Positions 10,203-18,604 of a stretch of 63,213 bases of DNA are shown here, piece by piece. The notes beneath the pieces are model-generated. The model saw only the letters and a program-made list of their open reading frames with translations, did not search any database and was not told where the DNA came from. The position numbers and the translations under genes were made by a program. This stretch comes from Bacteroidales bacterium (GTDB taxonomy: Bacteria; Bacteroidota; Bacteroidia; Bacteroidales; DTU049). How positions within the stretch are numbered: position 1 is the stretch's first letter; each line of letters begins with the position of its first letter. Location: the NCBI GenBank assembly GCA_035390965.1, contig DAOPKE010000002.1:26629-89841 (forward strand). The letters run 5' to 3'.

Positions 10203-11318
10203 TTAAGATTCAGCTGATTCCGCCTGAATTCGTTTCCCTGTAAACCGGGAATTCAGCAATCGCGCAACACCCATATAATCAGGTGTAAAAACAATTGTAT
10301 CACCGACGTGATATTTTTTAGAGCCCTTTTTATCACGGTTGGTGCCCACATCAACAACAGTCATATCCGACGTTATGCCAACAAATTTCACAGATTTATC
10401 AATAGGTTTCAGACTATTCATATCAACATCAATAAGTCCGAAATCCAGAATTGCCTTAATGGTTTTGCGGCTTCTGCCGGAAGAATCAAAATCAATGGTA
10501 TGTCCAACATTTCCATCAGAGATAATACCATCCGGCACCCGATCTTTCTCTGCCAGTTCAATAATATTTGCATAGTATTCAAACGTATTGCCATTAAGAT
10601 CGCGAAAAAGCTCATTATTTAAAGGGCTGGTGCCAAAAAATGCAGCTTCACCAATCCGAAGATGATTGATATCAGCAGGCATTTTGCCAGCATCGACCAA
10701 AGGCAAAGTAATTGAGCTACCACCTGAAAGGACCGGTAAGGATTTGTTGAAGCGCAATTCGAGAACCTGCCGATACAATGACAACTGAAGTAGTTTATCA
10801 TAAGTTGGCTCCACTCCATACATACAGCCCAGATTGGTTCCCAACCCAATGACTTCAATATTGTCAAGATTAAAAACGCGGTTATAGAAATCAACCAGAT
10901 TATCACGCAAAACACCTTCGCGGAGCTCCCCCAATTCAACCATGATAATGACCTGATGGCGTTTCTTCATTTTTTTTGCAAAATCATTTAACTTAACAAT
11001 AGTGCGCAACGAAGAATTCAAACTAATGTCGGCATAACGAACCACGTCTTCGGCATAAGCAGTTGCAGGAGGCTTGATATAAATTGTTTTGGCATCGGAA
11101 CAAACCTCTTTAATGTTTCTCAGGGACGAAATTCTTGAATCACCGACAGAATGGATGTTTTCAATCCGCTCTTTCGACAAAATATGTTCAAGCAATTCCC
11201 GTTCGCCGGCAAAAACCTTGGTAATAAGACTCCACATAAGGTTGCGCGACTTCAGAAAATGACTGATTGAATTGATGTTTCCAGTTATCCTGTCAATATT
11301 AATATTTAATTCTGCCAT
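10203..11318 (-). CDS. Alanine/ornithine racemase family PLP-dependent enzyme
   Basis: ORF 10203-11408. The ATG at 11318 (MAELNINIDRI) lies directly after the upstream gene's stop (11320-11322). The ITKVFAGE lysine context and overall layout resemble fold-type III PLP racemase-like proteins (YhfX/Orr-like). Confidence 0.7.
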   Translation of the reverse strand: MAELNINIDRITGNINSISHFLKSRNLMWSLITKVFAGERELLEHILSKERIENIHSVGDSRISSLRNIKEVCSDAKTIYIKPPATAYAEDVVRYADISLNSSLRTIVKLNDFAKKMKKRHQVIIMVELGELREGVLRDNLVDFYNRVFNLDNIEVIGLGTNLGCMYGVEPTYDKLLQLSLYRQVLELRFNKSLPVLSGGSSITLPLVDAGKMPADINHLRIGEAAFFGTSPLNNELFRDLNGNTFEYYANIIELAEKDRVPDGIISDGNVGHTIDFDSSGRSRKTIKAILDFGLIDVDMNSLKPIDKSVKFVGITSDMTVVDVGTNRDKKGSKKYHVGDTIVFTPDYMGVARLLNSRFTGKRIQAESAES

Positions 11319-11319
11319 A

Positions 11320-11763
11320 TCAACTCTTTTTAAAACGCATATCTGCATATTTATTTTTAAAACCAATTCTTTCGTACAAGCGTTTGGCGGGGTTATCATA
11401 CTCCACATGTAGTTTCACATCGCCATCACACAAATCAATTGCTTTCTCAATCATCATTTTACCAATACCCTTTCCACGCATTTGAGAATCAACTGCTACA
11501 TAAACAATAATATTCTCCGGGATATAACCTTTCATACCTGTGCGATTAACAACCAAACCCCCGATAATTTTATTGTTTTCAATCACAGAAATTGCAAATC
11601 CCCCAGCTTTATCATTGTCAAGCAAAGCGTAATCAATGCATTTTTCAATATCTTCAATGGGATCTCCAAATGGCTGCAAATAAGTAAAAAGAAAATCGCT
11701 GAAATCTTTCCTTGAAAAAGGTTCAGTAAAATCAGACATTTGTTTGATAATTCTTGTTTCCAT
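11320..11763 (-). CDS. GNAT family N-acetyltransferase
   Basis: ORF 11320-11826; plausible starts are at 11763 (METRII) or 11739 (MSDF). The acetyl-CoA binding motif RGKGIGKMMIEKAI is present. Confidence 0.8.
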   Translation of the reverse strand: METRIIKQMSDFTEPFSRKDFSDFLFTYLQPFGDPIEDIEKCIDYALLDNDKAGGFAISVIENNKIIGGLVVNRTGMKGYIPENIIVYVAVDSQMRGKGIGKMMIEKAIDLCDGDVKLHVEYDNPAKRLYERIGFKNKYADMRFKKS

Positions 11764-12169
11764 ATTACAAAAATTTATTGAACACGTGTAAACTGTGCAC
11801 ACATATTCATGGTTAATAAAAATCAAGGATCAAACAGCAAAAAAAGCTATAAACGTGATCCCTGTACAACAAAACGGATGCAAAACATCACATTTTTAAA
11901 AAATCGGCAAAACACCGCATCTACAAATATCGGAAAAACATCGGAATTATACAAATTTTTAACACTTGTCTAACAAGTCCGATTGTGAATTCCAATGACA
12001 GTTATAACACCTCCACACTGCATAAAATCAGCACTTTCGGGAAGCACAGATCAAAAACCTCAAATTACCCGATCGACATTCTTAAATCATCACGTTTCTT
12101 CTTACTTCGAAATTCCTTGCCTGCCTGACTGCCTGTTGCAGTTAAACTGGTAGACAGGTTCGGTGTTCA

Positions 12170-12535
12170 TCACTCTTCCATCCAATCATCCAACTCTCTC
12201 CGGTCTTTTTTGGTGGGGCGACCAGTACCTTTTGGACGTTGCAGCACGAGGCGTTCGCGGACCATGTCGAGTTTTTTGAATTCTTCTTCCGGTGTTAATT
12301 CAAGAATATAATTCGGCAGCAACTTGGCTCCCACACGCGATTTCGGAAAGTCAACAATCTGAATGGTGCGTGTGAATGCATGCAGCTTTATTACAATAAT
12401 ATCTCCGACAGCCACATCCCGTGCGGGTTTCACTTCCTGATCCTTAATACTTACACGACCGTTGCGACAGGCCTCCGTAGCCAGTGTGCGGGTTTTATAA
12501 ATTCGAACGTCCCAGAGAAATTTATCGATGCGCAT
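12170..12535 (-). CDS. hslR: RNA-binding S4 domain protein (heat shock protein 15-like)
   Basis: 121 aa. MRIDKFLWDVRIYKTRTLATEACRNGRVSI is the S4-domain signature, followed by a basic C-terminal tail. Confidence 0.85.
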   Translation of the reverse strand: MRIDKFLWDVRIYKTRTLATEACRNGRVSIKDQEVKPARDVAVGDIIVIKLHAFTRTIQIVDFPKSRVGAKLLPNYILELTPEEEFKKLDMVRERLVLQRPKGTGRPTKKDRRELDDWMEE

Positions 12536-12565
12536 TGTATAGAATATGTTGTTAGCTTTCTTTAG

Positions 12566-12795
12566 TCGTTACACGTTACAGACGTTACAATCGTTACGCG
12601 TTACAATCGTTACAGTCGTTACAAGGGTAACAAGGTAACAGGGTAACAGGGTAACAACGTTACGCGTTACAATCGTTTCAAAGCTTCACTCATAACCCAT
12701 AACTCATAACTTATAAATCACCAATAACTGTTCACCGCTCACTGTTCACCGCTCACTGCTCACCGCTCACTGCTCACTGCTCACTACTCACCGCT
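12566..12795. repeat. Composite low-complexity word array with three blocks: GTTAC/GTAAC (12566-12680), ATAACT (12688-12729) and CTCACYG (12730-12795)
   Basis: Read directly from the sequence. There are 14 GTTAC/GTAAC words at 7-9 nt spacing, 5 ATAAC words and about 9 CTCAC(C/T)G words. The array lies between the der stop and the hslR start. Confidence 0.9.
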
Positions 12796-12828
12796 TAGTA
12801 GCAGCCTGCCTTGCACACTCAGCCCTTT

Positions 12829-14133
12829 TTATTTTTCGCGAAAAAACAGCTGAATCTGGCAACCTTTCAGGTCAAAATTTTCGCGCAGTTTTCTTTCAAC
12901 AAATCGTCTGTACGGCTCTTTGACATACTGTGGCAGATTGCAGAAAAACACAAAAGTTGGATAGGCCAGCTGCAACTGTGTGATGTATTTAATCTTCACA
13001 CGCTTCCCTTTATACATGGGTGGCGGAGTTTCGGTAAGAATCGGCAGCAACACCTCATTAAGCTTCGATGTTGGAATTCGCCTGCCGCGGTTTTCATGAA
13101 CCATCTGCAATGCTTCGAGCATTTTTATCACGCGCGTTTTTTCTGTGGCGCTGGTAAAAATAACAGGCACATCGGTCTGCGGCATCAGGCGCGCAATCAG
13201 ATTTTCCTTGTATTCTTCCATCGTCTTATGATCTTTCGGCACCAGATCCCATTTATTCATGGCAATCACAATTCCCTTGTGATTTTCGTTGATGATATTG
13301 AGAATATGCAGATCCTGTGCTTCGAGGCCTCTTGTAGCATCAACTACCAACAGACAGATGTCGCTGTTTTCAATGGAGCGGATGGCTCGAACGGTTGAAT
13401 AAAATTCAACATTATCGCTCACCTTTGCTTTTTTGCGGATTCCGGCGGTATCAACCAGCATAAAATGAAATCCGAACTTGTTGTACTCTGTAAAAATGCT
13501 ATCGCGTGTTGTACCTGCAAGCGGCGTCACAATTGACCTTTCTTCGCCGATAAGCGTGTTCAGGATTGAGCTCTTTCCTGCATTCGGTCTGCCGACAATG
13601 GCTATGCGAGCGACCCCCGGATCCGGCTCTGCTTCCATCGGATTGAAATGTTTTACAACCTCATCCAACAATTCGCCTGTACCAGCGCCATTTACAGCAC
13701 TAATTGCAAAAATTTCGCTGAGTCCACTGGAATAAAACTCGCCAATATTCAATGCCTGAGCATTGTTGTCTGCTTTATTTACAGCAAGCACAACCGGCTT
13801 TTTGCATTTGCGCAGCATGTCGGCTACATCTTCGTCCATCGGTGTGAATCCTTCGCGCACATCGGTCAGAAACAAAATCACATCGGCTTCGGAAATGGCC
13901 AGATGCACCTGCTTTTTGATTTCCTCTTCAAAAATATCATCGCTGTTATTCACGTATCCTCCGGTGTCGATCACCGAAAAATGCACACCGTTCCAGTCGC
14001 TCTTACCGTAATGGCGGTCGCGTGTCACGCCGCTGGTCGGATCTTCGATGGCTGCGCGCTCACCGACAAGCCGGTTGAAAAAAGTCGATTTGCCCACATT
14101 CGGACGCCCTACTATGGCAAGTATGTTACTCAT
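12829..14133 (-). CDS. der: Ribosome-associated GTPase Der (EngA)
   Basis: 434 aa. Two tandem G domains (GRPNVGKST and GRPNAGKSS P-loops; DTGG/DTAG; NKAD/NKWD) plus a KH-like C-terminus. Confidence 0.95.
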   Translation of the reverse strand: MSNILAIVGRPNVGKSTFFNRLVGERAAIEDPTSGVTRDRHYGKSDWNGVHFSVIDTGGYVNNSDDIFEEEIKKQVHLAISEADVILFLTDVREGFTPMDEDVADMLRKCKKPVVLAVNKADNNAQALNIGEFYSSGLSEIFAISAVNGAGTGELLDEVVKHFNPMEAEPDPGVARIAIVGRPNAGKSSILNTLIGEERSIVTPLAGTTRDSIFTEYNKFGFHFMLVDTAGIRKKAKVSDNVEFYSTVRAIRSIENSDICLLVVDATRGLEAQDLHILNIINENHKGIVIAMNKWDLVPKDHKTMEEYKENLIARLMPQTDVPVIFTSATEKTRVIKMLEALQMVHENRGRRIPTSKLNEVLLPILTETPPPMYKGKRVKIKYITQLQLAYPTFVFFCNLPQYVKEPYRRFVERKLRENFDLKGCQIQLFFREK

Positions 14134-14134
14134 A

Positions 14135-15007
14135 TCAAAATCCCATTTGTTTTAAAGTTGTTTCATCATCGCGCCAGTCCTTCACCTTCACATTCAAATC
14201 GAGGAACACATGTTGTCCAAGAAATTCCTCAATATGTTTGCGCGAAAGTGTTCCAAGTTTTTTCACAGCACTTCCACCCTGCCCGATCAGAATCCGCTTC
14301 TGGCTTTCGCGGCTTACAAAAATCGTGGCGCCGATTTTCGGAATGTTTTCGTCTTCCTTATAATAATCAATGATTACCTCGCAGTGATACGGAATTTCTT
14401 TCTCAAACAGATAAAAAATCTGCTCGCGGATCATTTCGGAAACGAAGAACCGCAGATGTCTGTCGCTCAGCACATCCTTCGGATAATAAGCCGGATGCTC
14501 GGGTAACAATTCAATGACACGTCCCAGCAGCACATCGACATTGAAATTGTGAAGCGCCGAAATCAGCATCACATCTGCTTTTGGAAAGACCACTTCGTAT
14601 TGTTTCATCAGCTCCATCATCTTTTCCTGCTGACTCAGATCAATTTTGTTGATACAGACAATGAGCGGAACTGTCAGGTTCTGCAGGCGCAGCAGCAGAT
14701 TCGGATTGAGTTCGCGTGTGCCCGGTTCAATTAAAAGAATAACGATATCGGCATCCTCAAACGCAGCATTGATATATCCCAACATCTTGCGGTGGAGCTC
14801 ATAGGCCGGATTTTCGACATAGCCGGGGGTATCGGAAAAAACGATCTGATAATCCTCGGTGCTCAGAAAACCGAGTACACGCTGGCGTGTGGTCTGCGCT
14901 TTTGGCGAGACGATGGAAATTTTTTCACCCGTCAAAGCGTTGATCAGCGTTGACTTACCTACGTTTGGGTTTCCGATTATATTGACAAATCCGCTTTTGT
15001 GTGACAT
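14135..15007 (-). CDS. era: GTPase Era
   Basis: ORF 14135-15067; the likely start is MSHKSGFVNIIGNPNVGKSTL at 15007. G1-G4 motifs and a C-terminal KH domain are present. The der start lies 1 nt downstream of the era stop. Confidence 0.93.
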   Translation of the reverse strand: MSHKSGFVNIIGNPNVGKSTLINALTGEKISIVSPKAQTTRQRVLGFLSTEDYQIVFSDTPGYVENPAYELHRKMLGYINAAFEDADIVILLIEPGTRELNPNLLLRLQNLTVPLIVCINKIDLSQQEKMMELMKQYEVVFPKADVMLISALHNFNVDVLLGRVIELLPEHPAYYPKDVLSDRHLRFFVSEMIREQIFYLFEKEIPYHCEVIIDYYKEDENIPKIGATIFVSRESQKRILIGQGGSAVKKLGTLSRKHIEEFLGQHVFLDLNVKVKDWRDDETTLKQMGF

Positions 15008-15085
15008 TTTTTTGCCGGGTATTAAAATTGTTGTATCTTTGCAGTCCCGAATTGCAAAGGTAAGCAAAAAGAACTAAAGATATAT

Positions 15086-15157
15086 TGCGGGGTGGAGCAG
15101 TGGCAGCTCGTCGGGCTCATAACCCGAAGGCCAGAGGTTCGAGTCCTCTCCCCGCTA
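15086..15157 (+). tRNA. Initiator tRNA-Met (anticodon CAT)
   Basis: Cloverleaf read by hand and aligned to E. coli tRNA-fMet: TGCGGGG-TG-GAGC-AGTGGCA-GCTC-G-TCGGG-CTCATAA-CCCGA-AGGCC-AGAGG-TTCGAGT-CCTCT-CCCCGCT-A. The anticodon stem has three consecutive G:C pairs and position 1:72 is unpaired, both initiator hallmarks. CCA is not encoded. Confidence 0.9.
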
Positions 15158-15173
15158 CTAAAAACAGAGTGAG

Positions 15174-15407
15174 AATCAGAGCGAAAGCGAAGATTCTCAT
15201 TCTGTTTTTCTGCTCACTCACTCTCATACTCTCACTAAATGCATGGAATCAGAGCGAAAGCGAAGATTCTCATTCTGTTTTTCTGCTCACTCACTCTCAT
15301 ACTCTCACTAAATGCATGGAATCAGAGCGAAAGCGAAGATTCTCACTCTGTTTTTCTGTTCACTCGCTCTCACACTCACACTAAATGCATGGAATCAGAG
15401 CGAAAGC
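15174..15407. repeat. Tandem repeat, 73-bp unit x 3.2 copies
   Basis: Units start at 15174, 15247, 15320 and 15393 (partial). Copies 1 and 2 are identical by eye and copy 3 has a few substitutions. Each unit contains a GAATC...GATTC stem around a GCGAAAGC mini-hairpin, then a T-rich run and CTCAC words. Confidence 0.9.
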
Positions 15408-15467
15408 TCATGAGTGCCGCTGAAAATGATATAATGAACGAATAATCTGCGGATAAAGAAAAGGGTG

Positions 15468-15550
15468 ATGCTTCGAAGGTTTTCCAAGAGATCCCGGCAC
15501 AGTCAGCAAAGCTGTGCCTCAGTCAGCGACCGGGAACTCAGTGGCCCATG
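15468..15550. repeat. About 83-nt dispersed repeat, copy 1 (atgcttcgaaggttttcca.gagatcccggcacagtcagcaaagc...)
   Basis: Direct repeat of 15780-15862 with few mismatches. Contains a GGCACAG/CTGTGCC stem nested in CCCGG/CCGGG. Confidence 0.85.
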
Positions 15551-15779
15551 TTGAATATGATTTTTGTACAACCTGAATCAGTCTTTACCGCTGGCCTGCC
15601 TGACTGCCTGTTGCAGTTGAAATTGCAGACAGGTGAAGGCTAATTCGCGGAAGAAAGATTGGAGATGCGGCGAAGGTTTTCGGTGAGATTTGTGAATCCA
15701 TGTCACGGATGACATATCCGCGCCATGGTTGGGGTAAACATGTCCGACTGCCGGCGGATTCGCGAAAGAATAATTGAAC

Positions 15780-15862
15780 ATGCTTCGAAGGTTTTCCAGG
15801 AGATCCCGGCACAGTCAGCAAAGCGGTGTCTCAATCAGTGACCGGGAACTCAGCGCGCCATG
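15780..15862. repeat. About 83-nt dispersed repeat, copy 2
   Basis: Direct repeat of 15468-15550. Related reverse-complement fragments (gtgccgggatctc..gaaaacct) occur at about 25268-25292 and about 29522-29546. Confidence 0.85.
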
Positions 15863-16001
15863 GGAGATTTCTGCGGAGAATTTCACCCGCAAGCCGTAGA
15901 TCATTTCAGCCGGGACATCAGCAATTTTGAATTGTTTATATAAGATTCGCGGTTGTAAAATGAATATTCACTAATTTTACCGCAATATTATAATTTGCAA
16001 A

Positions 16002-17585
16002 ATGAAAACTTTTCTTCTTTTATCTGCAATGATGTTTGTCTTCATTGCATCGATGGCTCAGAAATCGGAATCCGACAAAGACTGCTGGTACAACAAGGAC
16101 ATGGAGAAAAACAAGGTCCCGGGCGTTTCTTCGGATCGCGCGTATGATGAGTTGTTACAGGGCAAAACACCCAAACCGGTGATTGTTGCCATTATTGACG
16201 GTGGAACCGATTTCAATCACGAAGACCTGAAAGAAGTGATCTGGACCAACGAAGATGAAATTCCCGGCAACGGAATCGATGATGACAAGAACGGATACAT
16301 TGATGACATTCACGGCTGGAATTTTCTTGGAAATCCGAGTGGCGAAAATGTGGACAACGACAACCTTGAAGTGACGCGCGTTTACCGCCTGCTGAAACCG
16401 AAATACGAAAATGCCGACTCGGCGAAAATGGCCAGTGACGAAGAATTTCAGCTATATCTGAAATGCAAAAAGGAAGTTGAAACTAAATATGCTGCTTCAA
16501 CAAAAGCCCTCGCCAATGTAACTACACTGTATCAGAACCTGAAAGTAGCAGACAGTGTATTTACTGCCTATTTCGGAACAAATAAATATTCGGCAAACCA
16601 GATCAAGACCATCAAAGATGAAAGGATGCAGCCAGTGGTTGATTTCATGAGCTATTGGATGAAAAAAGATGTTGACACAACAATCGTAAAAGGGTGGATT
16701 GATCATTATGAAAGTCAGGCGCTGTACCGCTACAACGTTAATTTCGATTCACGTACCATTGTAGGCGACGACTGGACTCAAAACAACAATCCGTATTACG
16801 GCAACAACGATGTTAAAGGCCCGCGTGCAGGCCACGGAACCATGGTTGCAGGCAATGTGGCGGCAGTACGAGGCAACGGTATTGGCCCGGATGGAGTGAC
16901 ATCGAATGCGCAGTTGATGATTTTGCTGGTGGTTCCCGATGGCGACGAACGCGACAAAGATGTTGCAAATGCTATATTATATGCAGTAAACAACGGTGCG
17001 TCGATTATCAACATGAGTTTCGGAAAAGGATATTCCCCGCAGAAACATTTTGTGGATTCCGCTCTGCGTGTGGCCAACAAACACGATGTACTGATTATTC
17101 ATGCGGCAGGAAACGATGGCGAAAACGTGGATGTTGAAATTCATTATCCCAGCAATTTCGATGAGAACGGCAACATAATCAACGACAAATTCATTGTTGT
17201 CGGAGCCAGCACCAATTCAGCCGGAAAGAAACTTCCCGCATCGTTTTCGAACTACGGAAAAAAGAGTGTTGACATATTTTCACCGGGTCAGGATATTTAC
17301 AGTTGTGCACCCGGCAACAAATATGAACTGGCTTCGGGAACCTCGATGGCAAGCCCGGTTGCAACAGGTGTGGCCACCATCATCCGCGCATATTTTCCCG
17401 AGCTGACCGCAAAGGAAGTGAAGGAAATTTTGTTGCAAAGCGCCGTAAAATACGACAGAAAAGTCCTGTTACCAGGCGGCAGCAAGAAAAAAGTTTCTTT
17501 CTCAGAATTATCAGCAACCGGCGGAGTTATCAATGCGTACAACGCCGTGAAAATGGCACAGGAACGCGTGAATGCAAAGCATTAA
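16002..17585 (+). CDS. S8 family (subtilisin-like) serine peptidase, secreted
   Basis: 527 aa with a signal peptide. The catalytic triad contexts are AIIDGGTD (Asp), HGTMVAG (His) and GTSMASP (Ser). Confidence 0.9.
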   Translation: MKTFLLLSAMMFVFIASMAQKSESDKDCWYNKDMEKNKVPGVSSDRAYDELLQGKTPKPVIVAIIDGGTDFNHEDLKEVIWTNEDEIPGNGIDDDKNGYIDDIHGWNFLGNPSGENVDNDNLEVTRVYRLLKPKYENADSAKMASDEEFQLYLKCKKEVETKYAASTKALANVTTLYQNLKVADSVFTAYFGTNKYSANQIKTIKDERMQPVVDFMSYWMKKDVDTTIVKGWIDHYESQALYRYNVNFDSRTIVGDDWTQNNNPYYGNNDVKGPRAGHGTMVAGNVAAVRGNGIGPDGVTSNAQLMILLVVPDGDERDKDVANAILYAVNNGASIINMSFGKGYSPQKHFVDSALRVANKHDVLIIHAAGNDGENVDVEIHYPSNFDENGNIINDKFIVVGASTNSAGKKLPASFSNYGKKSVDIFSPGQDIYSCAPGNKYELASGTSMASPVATGVATIIRAYFPELTAKEVKEILLQSAVKYDRKVLLPGGSKKKVSFSELSATGGVINAYNAVKMAQERVNAKH

Positions 17586-17669
17586 TCCCGGTCTTCCGCG
17601 AATGACGCCAATCTCCGCGAAGAATCTGATTAATTGGCTCACCTTCGGCTTGCATATGAACGCGAATAG
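17582..17669. repeat. About 88-nt direct repeat, left copy, flanking the ORF6N gene
   Basis: attaatcccggtcttccgcgaatgacgccaatctccgcgaag...ccttcggcttgcatatgaacgc aligns by eye with 18408-18496 at roughly four matches in five. It contains the S8 peptidase stop codon. Confidence 0.85.
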
Positions 17670-17807
17670 TTATAAAAAACTGCTTCGCAATTTTTTATAA
17701 CAAAGCCGTCAAGATGCTTTGATATTTTTTTCACGACAAGATAACACGTTTGGACATCAAGTTTTTGCAATATGCAGCAGGATGTAAAACCTTCACAAAA
17801 ACCAGTA

Positions 17808-18371
17808 TTATTCATCCTGCAATGAAGTTCTGAAACCAATTCTCTTTCTGTTCTGGTAATCTGAATCAATTTCCTTCGCTTTTTCCAGTTGATCAAGGTA
17901 TTCAAAAATCAACGCGAGTTGTTGATCATGACCGTTAGCTTTTACATCAAGCATTTCGATCCTTTTCAGAATTTCTTGCTGCACATTAATCATTTCGCGC
18001 ATTTTAACGAACACTTCAATAATCCTGATACTCATTTTGCGAGCAATATCACTCCGAAGCACATTTGCCAACTGCAATATGCCATATTCTGAAAAGGCAA
18101 ATGGCAAATATCTGGTGCCGCCCCAACTTGAGGTCACAGTTTGTGACCTCAAGTTTTCGAATTCCTCTTTGCTAAGTTCTATCATGAAATTATCCGGGAA
18201 GATATCAATATTTCTCCTGACTGCTTGTTTTAGAGCTTTTGTGGAGACCTGATACAAAATGGCCAGATCAAAATCCAACATAACTTTTCTTCCTCTGATA
18301 CAATAAATTCTTGTAGCAGCGGATTCATCTGAATATTCTAAAGCTGAACTTCTGTCATCATTTTTAGCCAT
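17808..18371 (-). CDS. ORF6N (KilA-N-related) DNA-binding domain protein with a C-terminal coiled coil
   Basis: 187 aa. IRGRKVMLDFDLAILYQVSTKALKQAVRRNIDIFPDNFMIELSKEE...WGGTRYLPFAFSEYGILQLANVL matches the ORF6N domain pattern common in Bacteroidota. Confidence 0.8.
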   Translation of the reverse strand: MAKNDDRSSALEYSDESAATRIYCIRGRKVMLDFDLAILYQVSTKALKQAVRRNIDIFPDNFMIELSKEEFENLRSQTVTSSWGGTRYLPFAFSEYGILQLANVLRSDIARKMSIRIIEVFVKMREMINVQQEILKRIEMLDVKANGHDQQLALIFEYLDQLEKAKEIDSDYQNRKRIGFRTSLQDE

Positions 18372-18407
18372 AACGCTATCTGTTTAGTTGTGACACATAA
18401 TTTATTT

Positions 18408-18496
18408 ATTAATACCGGTCTTCCGCGAATTACACGAATCTCCGCGAAAACTTTAATTAATCCACTTGCCTTCGGCATGCATATGGACGCTAATTG
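18408..18496. repeat. About 89-nt direct repeat, right copy, flanking the ORF6N gene
   Basis: attaataccggtcttccgcgaattacacgaatctccgcgaaa...ccttcggcatgcatatggacgc is in the same orientation as the left copy. Confidence 0.85.
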
Positions 18497-18528
18497 ATAT
18501 TCTTTTTCAGATAAAACAGGATTCAAGA

Positions 18529-18604
18529 GCCCCGAAGGGGCGCACTACGTTAGCCAGGCCCGAAGGGTCTGGAAAAAGAAAAATATGCTGAGCCCTGTAG
18601 GGGC
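18529..18604. repeat. Cluster of three GC-rich REP-like hairpins at the 3' end of the RAYT-like gene
   Basis: The hairpins are GCCCC-gaa-GGGGC (18529-18541), GGCCC-gaa-GGGTC (18557-18569) and GCCC-tgtag-GGGC (18592-18604), spaced about 30 nt apart. Two of them fall inside the C-terminal tail of the ORF. Confidence 0.7.

Noticed and set aside
10035-10217. 60-aa plus-strand ORF in the spacer upstream of the DUF-type secreted protein
   Set aside because: It has no motif and overlaps the 3' end of the racemase-like gene on the opposite strand. It is more likely promoter or leader sequence for the 8423-9988 gene.
12811-14373. Plus-strand ORFs 12811-13398 (195 aa) and 13648-14373 (241 aa)
   Set aside because: They are antisense to the strongly supported der and era genes. 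Their translations have no motifs and a biased composition typical of shadow ORFs. The same reasoning applies to 4284-4793, 5058-5510, 8108-8701, 22090-22650, 47889-48674, 45181-45684 and 59616-60176.
15174-15407. Possible CRISPR array
   Set aside because: The 73-bp units are directly contiguous with no unique spacers, the unit is longer than CRISPR repeats, and no cas genes are present in the window.
15085-15445. ORFs 15085-15384 (99 aa) and 15239-15445 (68 aa)
   Set aside because: They read through the tRNA-fMet gene and the 73-bp tandem repeat. The repetitive, low-complexity translation (…ILILFFCSLTLILSLNAWNQSESEDSHS… repeated) is an artefact of the repeat.
15086-17585. Integrative element inserted at the tRNA 3' end
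   Set aside because: There is no integrase or recombinase gene. I could also find no second copy of the tRNA 3' segment (ggttcgagtcctctccccgc) anywhere in the window to mark an attR.
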